The notes under the pieces: model-generated | Told to the model about the DNA's origin: nothing | Databases searched by the model: none | The model's input: the letters and a program-made list of their open reading frames with translations, nothing else | Position numbers and translations under genes: made by a program | Origin: Anaeromyxobacteraceae bacterium | GTDB taxonomy: Bacteria > Myxococcota > Myxococcia > Myxococcales > Anaeromyxobacteraceae | Assembly (NCBI GenBank): GCA_032654565.1 | Contig: JAULAX010000017.1 | Coordinates: 608,001-672,000, forward strand | Length of the DNA stretch: 64,000 nt | Direction: 5' to 3' | Shown: in pieces, positions 46,828 to 56,087 of the stretch | How positions within the stretch are numbered: position 1 is the first letter of the stretch | How the letters are laid out: every line of letters starts with the position of its first letter

Positions 46828-48114
46828 ATGACCACGCCGCGGACCATCCAGATCGAGGAGCGGGTCCCGCTCCTGCAGGCCATCCCGCTCTCGCTGCAGC
46901 ACCTCTTCGCCATGTTCGGCGCCACCGTGCTGGTGCCGCTGCTGGTCGGGCTCCACCCCTCGGTGACGCTCTTCACCAGCGGCGTCGGCACCCTGCTCTA
47001 CATCCTCATCACCAAGGGGAAGATCCCGGCCTACCTGGGCTCCTCCTTCGCCTTCATCGCCGCCATCGCCTCGATCACCCACGCCTCCTTCGGCACCCCG
47101 TCGAGCGACGCGCTGATCGCCGTCGCCATGGGCGGCTGCATCGCGGTCGGCGTCATCTACCTGCTGGTGGCGCTGGCCGTCGGCAAGTTCGGGACCGGCT
47201 GGATCAACCGCCTCCTGCCGCCGGTGGTGATCGGCCCGGTGGTGATGGTGATCGGCCTCGGCCTGGCCCAGGTGGCCGTGGCCATGGCCACCACCGGCAG
47301 CGGCGTGGCCGCCAACGTCTTCAACCCGGCCCTCTTCCGCGGCGACTTCTTCGCCGTGGCCATGGTGGCGCTGGTGATCGCCATCCTGGCGGCCCAGTAC
47401 CTGACCGGCTTCCTCGGGGTCATCCCCATCCTCATCGGCGTCATCGGCGGCTACGTGGTGGCGCTGCTGGCCGGCCAGGTGAAGCTGGACGCGGTGGCCT
47501 CGGCCGGCCTCTTCGCCGTCCCCCACTTCGTCCTCCCCACCTTCGACCTGGGCGCCATCATCCTGCTGGCGCCCATCTCGCTGGTGGTGATCACCGAGCA
47601 CATCGGCCACCTCATCGTCACCAACAACGTGGTGGGCCGCGACCTGGTCAAGGATCCCGGCCTGCACCGGTCGCTGGCCGGCGACGGCGCCGCGGTGATC
47701 TTCTCCGGCCTGCTGGGCGGCCCGCCCAACACCACCTACGGCGAGAACATCGGCGTCATGGCGGTGACCCGGGTCTTCTCGGTCTGGGTCATCGGCGGCG
47801 CGGCGGTCATGGCCATCGCCATGTCGTTCCTGCCCAAGGTGGGCGCGCTGATCGGCTCGATCCCGGTCCACGTCATGGGCGGCATCTGCATCCTGCTCTT
47901 CGGGATCATCGCCTCGGCCGGCGTGCGCATGATGGTCGAGGACAAGACCGACTTCTCGCAGAAGCGGAACCTGATCATCGTCTCGGTCATCCTGGTGATC
48001 GGCATCGGCGGCGCCAAGCTCCACTTCGGCGCCACCGAGATCGGCGAGATGTCGCTGGCCACCTACGTCGGCGTGCTGCTCAACCTGGTCCTGCCAAAGG
48101 GGGCGAAGGCCTGA
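46828..48114 (+). CDS. uraA: Uracil permease (NCS2)
   Basis: LQHLFAMFGATVLVP, YLGSSFAF, EHIGH, PNTTYGENIGV. Confidence 0.92.
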   Translation: MTTPRTIQIEERVPLLQAIPLSLQHLFAMFGATVLVPLLVGLHPSVTLFTSGVGTLLYILITKGKIPAYLGSSFAFIAAIASITHASFGTPSSDALIAVAMGGCIAVGVIYLLVALAVGKFGTGWINRLLPPVVIGPVVMVIGLGLAQVAVAMATTGSGVAANVFNPALFRGDFFAVAMVALVIAILAAQYLTGFLGVIPILIGVIGGYVVALLAGQVKLDAVASAGLFAVPHFVLPTFDLGAIILLAPISLVVITEHIGHLIVTNNVVGRDLVKDPGLHRSLAGDGAAVIFSGLLGGPPNTTYGENIGVMAVTRVFSVWVIGGAAVMAIAMSFLPKVGALIGSIPVHVMGGICILLFGIIASAGVRMMVEDKTDFSQKRNLIIVSVILVIGIGGAKLHFGATEIGEMSLATYVGVLLNLVLPKGAKA

Positions 48115-48172
48115 TCGTGCTGGCGCCGGCTTCTGGTGGCGCCAGCGCAAGCTTCGTCACCTTCTCCTGCAC

Positions 48173-48214
48173 AAAATGAGGCCCGCGTTCCCACCTCGGG
48201 GACGCGGGCCTTTT
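48173..48214. terminator. Bidirectional terminator between uraA and upp
   Basis: AAAA..AGGCCCGCGTTCCC-ACCTC-GGGGACGCGGGCC-TTTT. Confidence 0.75.
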
Positions 48215-48275
48215 CACGGGCGGAAGATGCTGTCGCATCTTGCGTCGGGGCTGCGAGAAGCCAGCCCCGACGCGA

Positions 48276-49091
48276 TTAGACAAACGCGTTATTCATGATC
48301 TCCCCGAACCCACCTCCGCCGGGGACGATGTACTGGTGGTCATCGAGCCCGCGCTCCTCCGCCCAGCGGGTGCCGGGGACGGTGTCGAGCACGTCGGGCG
48401 CCGAGAGGCCGCGGTCGACGCGCAGGGCGTAGACCAGCACCTCGGGGTGGGCGGTGGTCATGGTCTTCAGGTACTCGGGGGTGACGATCAGGTGGATGTT
48501 GATGATCCGCTTCGGCGTCCCCGGGACCTTCTTCTTGTAGGTGTCGATGGCGGTGGCCAGCGAGCCGCCGGTGGCGCCCATGGGGTCGGGGAAGAGCAGG
48601 AAGGCGTGATCGACGTCGCCGCCGATCTTCATCCCGCCGATGCCGGCGCCCACCACCTGGTCCTGGTCGCCCAGCATGCGGCTCATGATGATGTGGTCCT
48701 GGCGGACCAGCGTCGGGTCGAGCGTCTCGTTGAGCAGGTCGTAGGCCACCTGCGAGGGCACGGCGCCGGCCCGGGCGATGTTGACGGTCACCACCCTCAC
48801 CTGCCGGTCCACCACCTCGCCCTCGAAGATGGCGCGGGGCGAGGAGTCGATCATCCGGGTCGGCACCGAGACGCGGCGGCGGGGGAACTCGGCGGCGATG
48901 ACGGTGCGGACCAGGTCCTCGTAGAGGATGCGGACCAGCCGGTTGATGCTGGGCTGCACCGTCTCCTTGGCGCAGAGGGTGGCGAGGTGGCCGAGCAGGA
49001 ACGGATTGGCCAGGATGTGGACGTTCTGGCCGTAGCGGTGCTCGATCTCGCTGAGGCGATACGGGATGGTGACGTAGGCGCGATCTCTCAT
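48276..49091 (-). CDS. upp: Divergent uracil phosphoribosyltransferase
   Basis: IARAG, DPMGATGGS, GLDDHQYIVPGGGGFG. Adjacent to uraA. Confidence 0.75.
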   Translation of the reverse strand: MRDRAYVTIPYRLSEIEHRYGQNVHILANPFLLGHLATLCAKETVQPSINRLVRILYEDLVRTVIAAEFPRRRVSVPTRMIDSSPRAIFEGEVVDRQVRVVTVNIARAGAVPSQVAYDLLNETLDPTLVRQDHIIMSRMLGDQDQVVGAGIGGMKIGGDVDHAFLLFPDPMGATGGSLATAIDTYKKKVPGTPKRIINIHLIVTPEYLKTMTTAHPEVLVYALRVDRGLSAPDVLDTVPGTRWAEERGLDDHQYIVPGGGGFGEIMNNAFV

Positions 49092-49136
49092 GGCCGGAGC
49101 ATACCCCTGCCCCGGCCGGCGCGGCGACGCCTCACG

Positions 49137-49292
49137 GTGAGCGCGCCGCCCGCCACCGAGGCCCCACCGGCCGCCAAGTTCGCCATCGAGCGGCCTACCC
49201 TGCGCGCCAAGGTGGCCGTCCCGGTGGTGCTCGGCGGCCTGGCCGTGGGGCTCAACCTGGTCGGCCGCGGCCTCCTCGGCCTGGCCTACTGA
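49137..49292 (+). CDS. Small (51 aa) putative membrane protein
   Basis: MSAPPATEAPPAAKFAIERPTLRAKVAVPVVLGGLAVGLNLVGRGLLGLAY. Nearly all codons end in G/C. Confidence 0.5.
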   Translation: MSAPPATEAPPAAKFAIERPTLRAKVAVPVVLGGLAVGLNLVGRGLLGLAY

Positions 49293-49307
49293 GCGGGCTG
49301 ATCGGGC

Positions 49308-49754
49308 TCACCCCTCCTCGGCGCTGCGGTAGAGCCAGGCCGGTGGCTGGTCCTGCCCGGAGTCGACCCCCTCGGCCCGCGCTCCGGCCGAGGCCTTCTG
49401 CGCCGGCAGCCCCAGCATCAGCCTGGACCGCCGCGCGCTCGCCTGCAGGCTGACCTCGAGGATGCGGGCCGCCTGCTCCAGCTCGACCGGCTCGAGCATG
49501 GAGACCATGACCACGCGGAAGGCCTCCAGCCGCCGCTCCAGCCCGGCGATCCGGTTGGCGGCCTGCTCGATGGTCAGCGACACCGGCACCACCGGGTCCA
49601 CCGGCTTCTGCAGCAGGCCCGACTTGCGACGCCACCTGCTCAGGGTCAGCTCGGAGACGCCGAAGCGGCGGCAGACCTCGGGGACCCGGACCCCGGCCTC
49701 GAGCGCCTGCAGGGCCTCGGAGACCTCGGCCGGACTGAAGCGCTTCCTGGTCAT
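49308..49754 (-). CDS. Solo IS3/IS407 OrfA-like HTH protein
   Basis: MTRKRFSPAEV..AL..LEAG..V.EVCRRFGVSELTLSRWRRK. AGGAGG RBS. No DDE domain nearby. Confidence 0.75.
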   Translation of the reverse strand: MTRKRFSPAEVSEALQALEAGVRVPEVCRRFGVSELTLSRWRRKSGLLQKPVDPVVPVSLTIEQAANRIAGLERRLEAFRVVMVSMLEPVELEQAARILEVSLQASARRSRLMLGLPAQKASAGARAEGVDSGQDQPPAWLYRSAEEG

Positions 49755-50016
49755 GACGGCTCCTCCTGGTGGAGTGAGCCGGTGCTGCTGAAGATGGAGA
49801 ACATGCCTCGACCTCGAACTGGAGAGTGAACACCGCGACCACAACCACCTCGGCGCGGGTCAACCGGCGCGGGGACGGCCACGGCGCCGCGGCCCGGCAT
49901 GGGCGCGACGACACGGAGTTCCTTGCGCGGACCGACCCGGACCCCTCGCGCGCGCACGCACGCCCCGGACGTCCGTCGCCGGACCTCCGGGGATCAGCTG
50001 GCGTGGCGCTGCGGGG

Positions 50017-50496
50017 CTAGGCGCGTCGGGGAGGCGGCGTCTCCGGCTCTCGCAGCGGCGAGAGGACCAGCTGGCGGGCCACCGCCACCTCGGCGATGGC
50101 CTCGCGCTCCGACACCTGCCAGGCCGGCGGGACCGTGAAGCGCTCGCTGGCTGGAGGGGGGCGGATCCGTCCGTCCCCGGTGCCGCAGGTGGAGGTCAGG
50201 CAGGGGGCCGCCGCGGCACGCCGCTTGGCCGATTGGTCGGCCTCGGTGCGCGCCTTGGCCGCCAGGGCCCGGTGACAGGCCGGCAGGCTGGGGTCGACGG
50301 CCGCAGACTTGCCCAGGCGGGCCGCCTCGGCGTGGCAGAGCGGGCAGTCGCACTCGTGCTTGCCGCTGCGCACCGGGCACTGGCAGCGGTGGCCGACCCG
50401 TTCCGGGGGCTCGATGAGCTGCGGGGCGCCGGACAGGATCACCGCCACCGAGACGGCGGCGAACTGGCTGATGATCCTGGAGGCAACGCCGAGCAC
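50017..50496 (-). CDS. Cys/His-rich exported protein ending PETPPPR (DUF2946-like)
   Basis: HRCQC...HECDCPLCH...PACH...CLTSTC. Hydrophobic N-terminus. Start uncertain. Confidence 0.65.
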   Translation of the reverse strand: MLGVASRIISQFAAVSVAVILSGAPQLIEPPERVGHRCQCPVRSGKHECDCPLCHAEAARLGKSAAVDPSLPACHRALAAKARTEADQSAKRRAAAAPCLTSTCGTGDGRIRPPPASERFTVPPAWQVSEREAIAEVAVARQLVLSPLREPETPPPRRA

Positions 50497-50510
50497 GTGG
50501 GGAGCGTACC

Positions 50511-51503
50511 TCAAAGTCGGAGGCTGGACGAGAGCACCAGCCAGGTGACCAGCGCCGCGAAGGCGCCGAGCAGGACCGCCGACGCGCCGGCCAGCCGCCG
50601 CTGCAGCACCGGCAGCCCCTCCGCCAGGCTGGGGACGGCCCGAAAGGGGGCCAGCACCCCCACCCCCATGGCCGCGACGCAGCCGAGGAGGAGGGTGGCG
50701 TAGAGCGGGTAGCCGACCCGGTGGTACTCGCCCTGCAGCAGGCAGAACGGGCAGTGGTGGGTGGGCAGCTCGTAGACGAAGGGGGAGACGAAGGCGATCA
50801 CCGCCACCAGCGAGGCCGGCAGGGCCGCGGCGCCGAGCAGCGCCAGCGCCACGGCGCCTCGACCGCGCCGCAGGAAGAGGACCGCGGCCGCCACCGCGCC
50901 CCCCACCGTCGCGTAGAGCAGCACCGCGGCCAGCCGGGGCGACACCGCCGCCAGCCCGGCGCCCAGGCCGCGGCCGGCGCGGCTGAAGAGGCTGCCGCAG
51001 CAGGAGGTGATCACCTCGGGGTGCAGCCCCCGGAACCAGGCCAGCTCGCGCAGCGCCGCCCAGGCCACCAGCGGGGCCAGCGCCAGCAGCAGGGCGTACT
51101 TCACCCGGAGCAGCGGGGCGTCGTGGCCGAGCCGGTCGGCGTGGTCGAGCACCAGCCAGAGCCCGGCCGCCACCGCCGCCGCCAGCATCAGCAGCAGCGC
51201 CGGGGAGCCGTGGGCGTTGGCCTGGAGCGCGCCCGCGGCGCACATGGCCCCGCTGAGCTGGGGGGCCAGCGCGTCGGCTGTGAAGATGAAAAGAAAGAAG
51301 GAGACCACCTGGAACGCCAGGGCGTGCCCCAGCAGCGTCGTCACCAGGGCGGTGCGCCGCTCCAGCGCCAGCTGCCGCTCCGAGCCGCTCAGCGGGTCCC
51401 AGCCCCGCAGGATGACCGCCCCGTGGACCGCCGCCGCCCCCACCAGCACCGCCCCCACCGCGGCGCCGCCGGCCAGGGCGATCACCGCCGGGTTGAGGAT
51501 CAT
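50511..51503 (-). CDS. Polytopic membrane protein with Cys motifs
   Basis: GAMCAAG, ITSCCGSLF, YELPTHHCPFCLL. Coupled to the ABC ATPase. Confidence 0.85.
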   Translation of the reverse strand: MILNPAVIALAGGAAVGAVLVGAAAVHGAVILRGWDPLSGSERQLALERRTALVTTLLGHALAFQVVSFFLFIFTADALAPQLSGAMCAAGALQANAHGSPALLLMLAAAVAAGLWLVLDHADRLGHDAPLLRVKYALLLALAPLVAWAALRELAWFRGLHPEVITSCCGSLFSRAGRGLGAGLAAVSPRLAAVLLYATVGGAVAAAVLFLRRGRGAVALALLGAAALPASLVAVIAFVSPFVYELPTHHCPFCLLQGEYHRVGYPLYATLLLGCVAAMGVGVLAPFRAVPSLAEGLPVLQRRLAGASAVLLGAFAALVTWLVLSSSLRL

Positions 51504-52186
51504 GGCGCCCCGGCCTCGAGGCGGCCGTCGCGCATCGACACCACCCGGTCCACCACCGGGGCGTCGTGGACCAGCGGGTCGTGGCTGGCGATGATCACGG
51601 TGAGGCCTGCGGCCTTCAGCGTCCCCACCACCTCCATGAAGCCGGCCGAGAGGGCGCTGTCGAGGTTGGCGGTGGGCTCGTCGGCGACCAGCACCCGCGG
51701 GTCGTTGACGAGGGCGCGGGCGATGGCCACCCGCTGGGCCTCACCGCCGGAGAGCCAGTCGGCCCGGGCCGAGGCCCGGTGGGCGACGCCGAAGCGCGCC
51801 AGCAGCGCCCCGGCCCGCCGCTCCAGCCCGGCCCGAGGGGCGCCGAGCGGGTAGGCCGGGAGCATGACGTTCTCCAGGGCCGAGAGCCCGCCCACCAGGT
51901 TGAACTGCTGGAAGACGAAGCCGAAGGTGCGCCGGCGCACCTCGGTGAGGAAGCGCTCCGGCAGGCTGGTCAGCTCGCGGTCGGCGAGCAGGATGCGGCC
52001 GGAGGTGGGGCGCGCCATGGCCCCCAGCAGGGCCAGCAGGCTGGTCTTGCCCGAGCCGCTCGGCCCGCGCAGCACGGTGACCTGCCCCTCCTCGATGGCG
52101 AGGTCGACCCCCTTGACCGCCTCCAGCTCGTCGGGGCGACCCTGGTGGAAGACGCGCCGCAGCGCCCGGGCCTCGATCAGGCTCAT
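51500..52186 (-). CDS. ABC ATPase (LolD-like)
   Basis: GPSGSGKT, LSGGEAQR, ADEPTANLD, SHD. Confidence 0.95.
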   Translation of the reverse strand: MSLIEARALRRVFHQGRPDELEAVKGVDLAIEEGQVTVLRGPSGSGKTSLLALLGAMARPTSGRILLADRELTSLPERFLTEVRRRTFGFVFQQFNLVGGLSALENVMLPAYPLGAPRAGLERRAGALLARFGVAHRASARADWLSGGEAQRVAIARALVNDPRVLVADEPTANLDSALSAGFMEVVGTLKAAGLTVIIASHDPLVHDAPVVDRVVSMRDGRLEAGAP

Positions 52187-53325
52187 GAGCGCATCACCGC
52201 GTCGGGGTCGATGGTGGCCGAGCGCCAGGCCGGCACCACCGTGGCCACGGTGTAGGGGACCACGGTGAGGAAGAAGAGCGTCGCCAGCTGCAGGCCGCCC
52301 ACAGCCGGGGTGAGGTGCTGCCGCGGCGACAGCGTCGACCAGCCCTCCAGCGCCGGCGCCAGCAGCGCCGCCCCCCCGACGAAGACGTGCAGGTAGGCCG
52401 CCACCACCCCGGCGGTGAAGGCAGCCGCCGAGACCACCGCCCCCTCCCAGGTCTTCACCAGCAGCACGTCGGAGACGTCCCAGCCGATGGCCTTGAGGAT
52501 GCCGATCTCCCGCCGCTCCTCGGCCGACAGCCCGGCCGCCTTGTCCCAGGCCACCAGGGCGAAGGCCAGGACCGCGGTGGAGAGCACCAGCATGACCAGG
52601 CCGCTGCGCCAGTCGAAGATGGCCTGGTAGGTCCGGGCCATCTCCAGCCGGGTGATGGCCCGGGCCCCGGGCACCAGCTGCAGCGCCTTCTGCGCCACGG
52701 TGGGGAGCTCGCGGGCGTTGGGGACGGTGAGGGCGATGTCGGTGAAGCGGTCCGGGTCGGCGCCGAAGAGCCGCTGGTAGCCGGCTTCGGAGAGCAGCAC
52801 CAGGTCGGTGGTGACCAGCGCGCTCCCCGCCGGGATCACCTCGCGGACGGTGAAGTCGAGCGCCTCGCCGCTCCAGCCGGTGAGCCGCAGCGTGGCCCCG
52901 GCCACCAGCCCCTCCAGCCGGGCCACCCCCTCCCCCACCACCAGCTCGGCGTCGCCGCCCCAGAACCGCTCCGGCACCATCACCGTGAGGTTGGCCTGGC
53001 TGGCCGGACGGTAGAGGTAGCCCCAGCGGCGGCCCACCGCCCGCTCCACGCCGCGGATGGCCGCCAGCCGCTCCACCTCGGCCGCCGGGATGAGATCGTG
53101 GCGCCCCGCCACCAGCCGCTGCACCACCACGTCCGGCCCGCCGCGCAGCACCTCGGCCGCCTCGGCGCGCAGCGCCTCGGTGAGGAAGAGGGTCGAGGCC
53201 ACCGCGAAGACGGTGAGGCCGTAGACCAGCACCAGCGACAGGTTCTTCCCCCGGCGCCGGCCCAGCGAGGCCAGCGTGTAGTCGAGCAGGGAGCGCTGCC
53301 GCTCCAGCCAGGCGCGGAAGCTCAT
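52183..53325 (-). CDS. ABC permease (FtsX/LolC-like)
   Basis: TM, periplasmic domain, ERREIGILKAIGW, PAWRSATIDP. Confidence 0.92.
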   Translation of the reverse strand: MSFRAWLERQRSLLDYTLASLGRRRGKNLSLVLVYGLTVFAVASTLFLTEALRAEAAEVLRGGPDVVVQRLVAGRHDLIPAAEVERLAAIRGVERAVGRRWGYLYRPASQANLTVMVPERFWGGDAELVVGEGVARLEGLVAGATLRLTGWSGEALDFTVREVIPAGSALVTTDLVLLSEAGYQRLFGADPDRFTDIALTVPNARELPTVAQKALQLVPGARAITRLEMARTYQAIFDWRSGLVMLVLSTAVLAFALVAWDKAAGLSAEERREIGILKAIGWDVSDVLLVKTWEGAVVSAAAFTAGVVAAYLHVFVGGAALLAPALEGWSTLSPRQHLTPAVGGLQLATLFFLTVVPYTVATVVPAWRSATIDPDAVMRS

Positions 53326-53603
53326 GGGAAGCGGGGCGGCGCCACCAGCGCGCCGGAGGGGAAGTGCTCCCGCGCCCCGGGGTGGTCCTGGAAGGGGGCG
53401 AAGCGGTCGGCCTGGGTGAGGTGGCGGGTGTAGCGGGCCTCGGTGAAGAGGGCGAGATCGGTGAGCCCGAGCCGGTGGACCATGGCGGCCGAGGCCTGGC
53501 GCCCGGCCACGTCGAGCTGGCGGGCCCGGGCGTGGAGCCAGCAGGCCTCCACGGCCAGCCCGGCCACCACCACGCCGACCAGCAGCCGGTCGGAGGGCCT
53601 CAC
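53322..53603 (-). CDS. Small membrane-anchored hypothetical protein
   Basis: LGLTDLALFTEARYTRH...PFQDHPG..EHFPSG. Overlaps both neighbours by 4 bp. Confidence 0.75.
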   Translation of the reverse strand: MRPSDRLLVGVVVAGLAVEACWLHARARQLDVAGRQASAAMVHRLGLTDLALFTEARYTRHLTQADRFAPFQDHPGAREHFPSGALVAPPRFP

Positions 53604-54064
53604 GGCTCGCCGTCCAGGGTCTTCAGAATGGCCGGGGTGACCTCGTCGAAGCGGAGCAGCCGCTGCCCGCGGTGGTCGCGCTTGAACTCCTCGGCGTCCA
53701 CGCGGCGTCCGAACGGCACCAGCTCCTGCCCCATGGGGCCGAGCACGTCGCCGCCCATGACGTAGACGGCGGCGCGCGCCTCCACCGGCTTGAGCGTGTA
53801 GTAGTCGGTGACGAAGGTGTCGGCCACGTCGGCGCGGCGGGCCACGGCGCCATAGTCCTCGACCCGCAGCAGGAACTTGAAGAGGTCCTTGGCGCCGTCG
53901 AAGAGGACGCGGTCGCCGTCGGCGAAGCGGATCCCGGCCACCCAGTCCGGGTAGCGGACCACGAACATCCCGCAGACCGGGCACTTCTCCCCTGGGCGGG
54001 GCTTGACCGGCTCCGGCGCGGCGAGGAGCAGGGCGATCGTCAGCAGGGACTGCGCCAACCACAT
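53600..54064 (-). CDS. NosL-family protein 1
   Basis: KCPVCGMFV, FDGAKDLF, VTDYY, DVLGPMG.ELVPF, FKRDHRG. Confidence 0.9.
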   Translation of the reverse strand: MWLAQSLLTIALLLAAPEPVKPRPGEKCPVCGMFVVRYPDWVAGIRFADGDRVLFDGAKDLFKFLLRVEDYGAVARRADVADTFVTDYYTLKPVEARAAVYVMGGDVLGPMGQELVPFGRRVDAEEFKRDHRGQRLLRFDEVTPAILKTLDGEP

Positions 54065-54112
54065 CGCCCGCTCCTCGTCTGCGTCGGACCCCTCGTCCGC
54101 GTCGGACCCCGG

Positions 54113-54964
54113 CTACTGCGGCGTCAGCTTGAAGCTCACCAGGGTGGTGGTGAGCACGTTACCATCGGTGGTCTTGTTCTCGCCGTTGACGGAGAGCTTG
54201 AGCTGGATGGTGGCCTGGGTCCCGGCGGTGAGGCCGGAGAGCGGCATCGTCCAGTGGCCGTGGGCCACGTGGGTGGCGGTGATGGGATAGGTGGCGCCGC
54301 CGTCCGTCGAGGCGGTCAGCGACACGGCGGTCACGGTGGTGCCGGCCAGCGCCGCCCCCACGTAGACCGGCTTGAAGTCCAGCATCATGTTCTCGGCGCG
54401 GACCAGGTAGAGGGGCAGGCTACCGGCGGCCGCGGTGACCGGGCCGTCGCGGAAGATGTTGTACTTGGTCATCGACATGCCGCCCATGGCGGTGTCGCTG
54501 GGGCCCCAGATCGGAGGGGTCTTGGTGGTGTCGGTCCCCATGGCCATGGCCACCGCCGGGTAGAAGGTGGTGGTCTCGGTGCCGATCTTCACGGCCAGCT
54601 CCCAGTAGCCCATGCCGGCCCCGGAGGCCATCTGGTAGTAGACGGCGCAGTCGTAGGTGCCGGGCGTGGCCGACTCGGTGACCAGGTCGGCCGGCGCCCC
54701 GTGGCTCATGGTCGGCATGGTCATGAGCGGCTTGAGCGTGATGGCCAGGGCGGCGGCGGGCAGCGAGTCGGCGCGGGTGCGGACGCGCAGCTTGAAGCTG
54801 TACTTCCCGACCACGGCGTCCATCATCCCCGGGAGGTACTCGACGAGGTAGGTGCTGGCGGGTGCGGTCACCGTCACGTACTCGGTGGTGGTGGTGCCGC
54901 AGGCGGCCAGCGCCAGCAGCGTGGTGAGCGCGGCGACGGGCGCGGCGCGAGAGATGGTCATCAT
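54113..54964 (-). CDS. Met-rich lipoprotein, YtkA/FixH-like Ig fold
   Basis: LAAC lipobox, PLMTMPTMSHGAP, YQMAS..GMGYWEL, AMGGMSM. Confidence 0.7.
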   Translation of the reverse strand: MMTISRAAPVAALTTLLALAACGTTTTEYVTVTAPASTYLVEYLPGMMDAVVGKYSFKLRVRTRADSLPAAALAITLKPLMTMPTMSHGAPADLVTESATPGTYDCAVYYQMASGAGMGYWELAVKIGTETTTFYPAVAMAMGTDTTKTPPIWGPSDTAMGGMSMTKYNIFRDGPVTAAAGSLPLYLVRAENMMLDFKPVYVGAALAGTTVTAVSLTASTDGGATYPITATHVAHGHWTMPLSGLTAGTQATIQLKLSVNGENKTTDGNVLTTTLVSFKLTPQ

Positions 54965-55115
54965 GGTGTGGGTCCCCCTGGGATGGTGTCTCTCCCGAGG
55001 ACTACCACCGGCTGTCCGTGAAACCGTCCGTTTACCGATGTTTGAGACAAATGGTCGCGGCGTGGTTTGCGACACACCGCCGCAGCCTCGGCGGGCGGGT
55101 AGAATGTCGGGGGAC

Positions 55116-56087
55116 ATGGGGAGACTGAGACTGTTGGTGATGCTGTGCCTGGCGGTGGCGCTGCCCACCCCGGCCCGCGCCGCATCCTGCTGCGGCGGCG
55201 GTGGCGGCGGGGCCAGCGTGCTGCCGCGCGGCGAGCGCGCCCTGCTCGACCTGGCCTTCGACCTCGAGCGCTACGACGGCTACTGGGACACCGGCCGCAT
55301 CCACAAGCCGGACCCGCCCGGGGCGAGCCTCTCGCAGGCCCGCCTCTCGCTGACCGGCGCCGCCCGCCTCGGCGGCCCCTGGCAGGCGGCCGTCAACGTG
55401 CCCTACGCCTGGAACCGGAACGTCTACGCGGGCGCCGGGCAGGCCTCGCAGACCCACGGGCTGGGGGACTCGACGGTCAGCGCCTGGTACGAGGCCTGGA
55501 CCGAGCGCTCCGCCTGGCGGGTGGCCGGCCCCGGCGACCTGCTCCCCTCGGTCACCGTCGGCCCCACCCTCACCGTCCCCACCGGCCTCTCCCCCTACGA
55601 CGACGTGGCCAGCAGCTTCGACGTCACCGGGCGCGGCTTCTACCGGCTCGACGGTACGGTCATGCTCGACAAGAGCTACCGCGCCTGGAGCGGCTCGCTC
55701 TCGCTGGCCTGGGGCTTCCACCTGGGGCGCCCCGTCAACCGGCTCTACGGCGCCTGGGTGGAGCCCTACCGGAAGCGGCTCGGCGACCGCACCTCCGCCA
55801 GCGGCTCGCTCGGCTACCGCACCTTCGTCGGCACCGGCGGGAGCTCGCTGGCCTTCTCCGGCGCCCTCTCCTGGCTCCGCGAGGGGCAGGGGACCATCGC
55901 CGGCCAGCCCGACCCGGCCAGCGGCATGGAGAAGGCGGCGGTGGCCGCTACCGTCACCTGGGCCGGGACCGACGAGGACTGGTCGGCGCGCGCCTCCTGG
56001 TCCCACGCCATCCAGCGGGACGGCTGGGGGCGGAACTTCCCGACCACCGATGTCGTCTCCGTGGGGGTGCGGTATGTGCTGCGCTGA
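55116..56087 (+). CDS. Outer-membrane beta-barrel 'transporter' with N-terminal SCCGGG
   Basis: Signal peptide, ASCCGGGG, GLGDS, LTVPTG, C-terminal VSVGVRYVL. Confidence 0.72.
   Translation: MGRLRLLVMLCLAVALPTPARAASCCGGGGGGASVLPRGERALLDLAFDLERYDGYWDTGRIHKPDPPGASLSQARLSLTGAARLGGPWQAAVNVPYAWNRNVYAGAGQASQTHGLGDSTVSAWYEAWTERSAWRVAGPGDLLPSVTVGPTLTVPTGLSPYDDVASSFDVTGRGFYRLDGTVMLDKSYRAWSGSLSLAWGFHLGRPVNRLYGAWVEPYRKRLGDRTSASGSLGYRTFVGTGGSSLAFSGALSWLREGQGTIAGQPDPASGMEKAAVAATVTWAGTDEDWSARASWSHAIQRDGWGRNFPTTDVVSVGVRYVLR

Noticed and set aside
54066..54112. Short tandem repeat CCTCGTC(T/C)GCGTCGGACCC between nosL and the lipoprotein gene
   Set aside because: Only two 19-bp-scale units in a spacer containing the RBS. 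Most likely a local slippage duplication.
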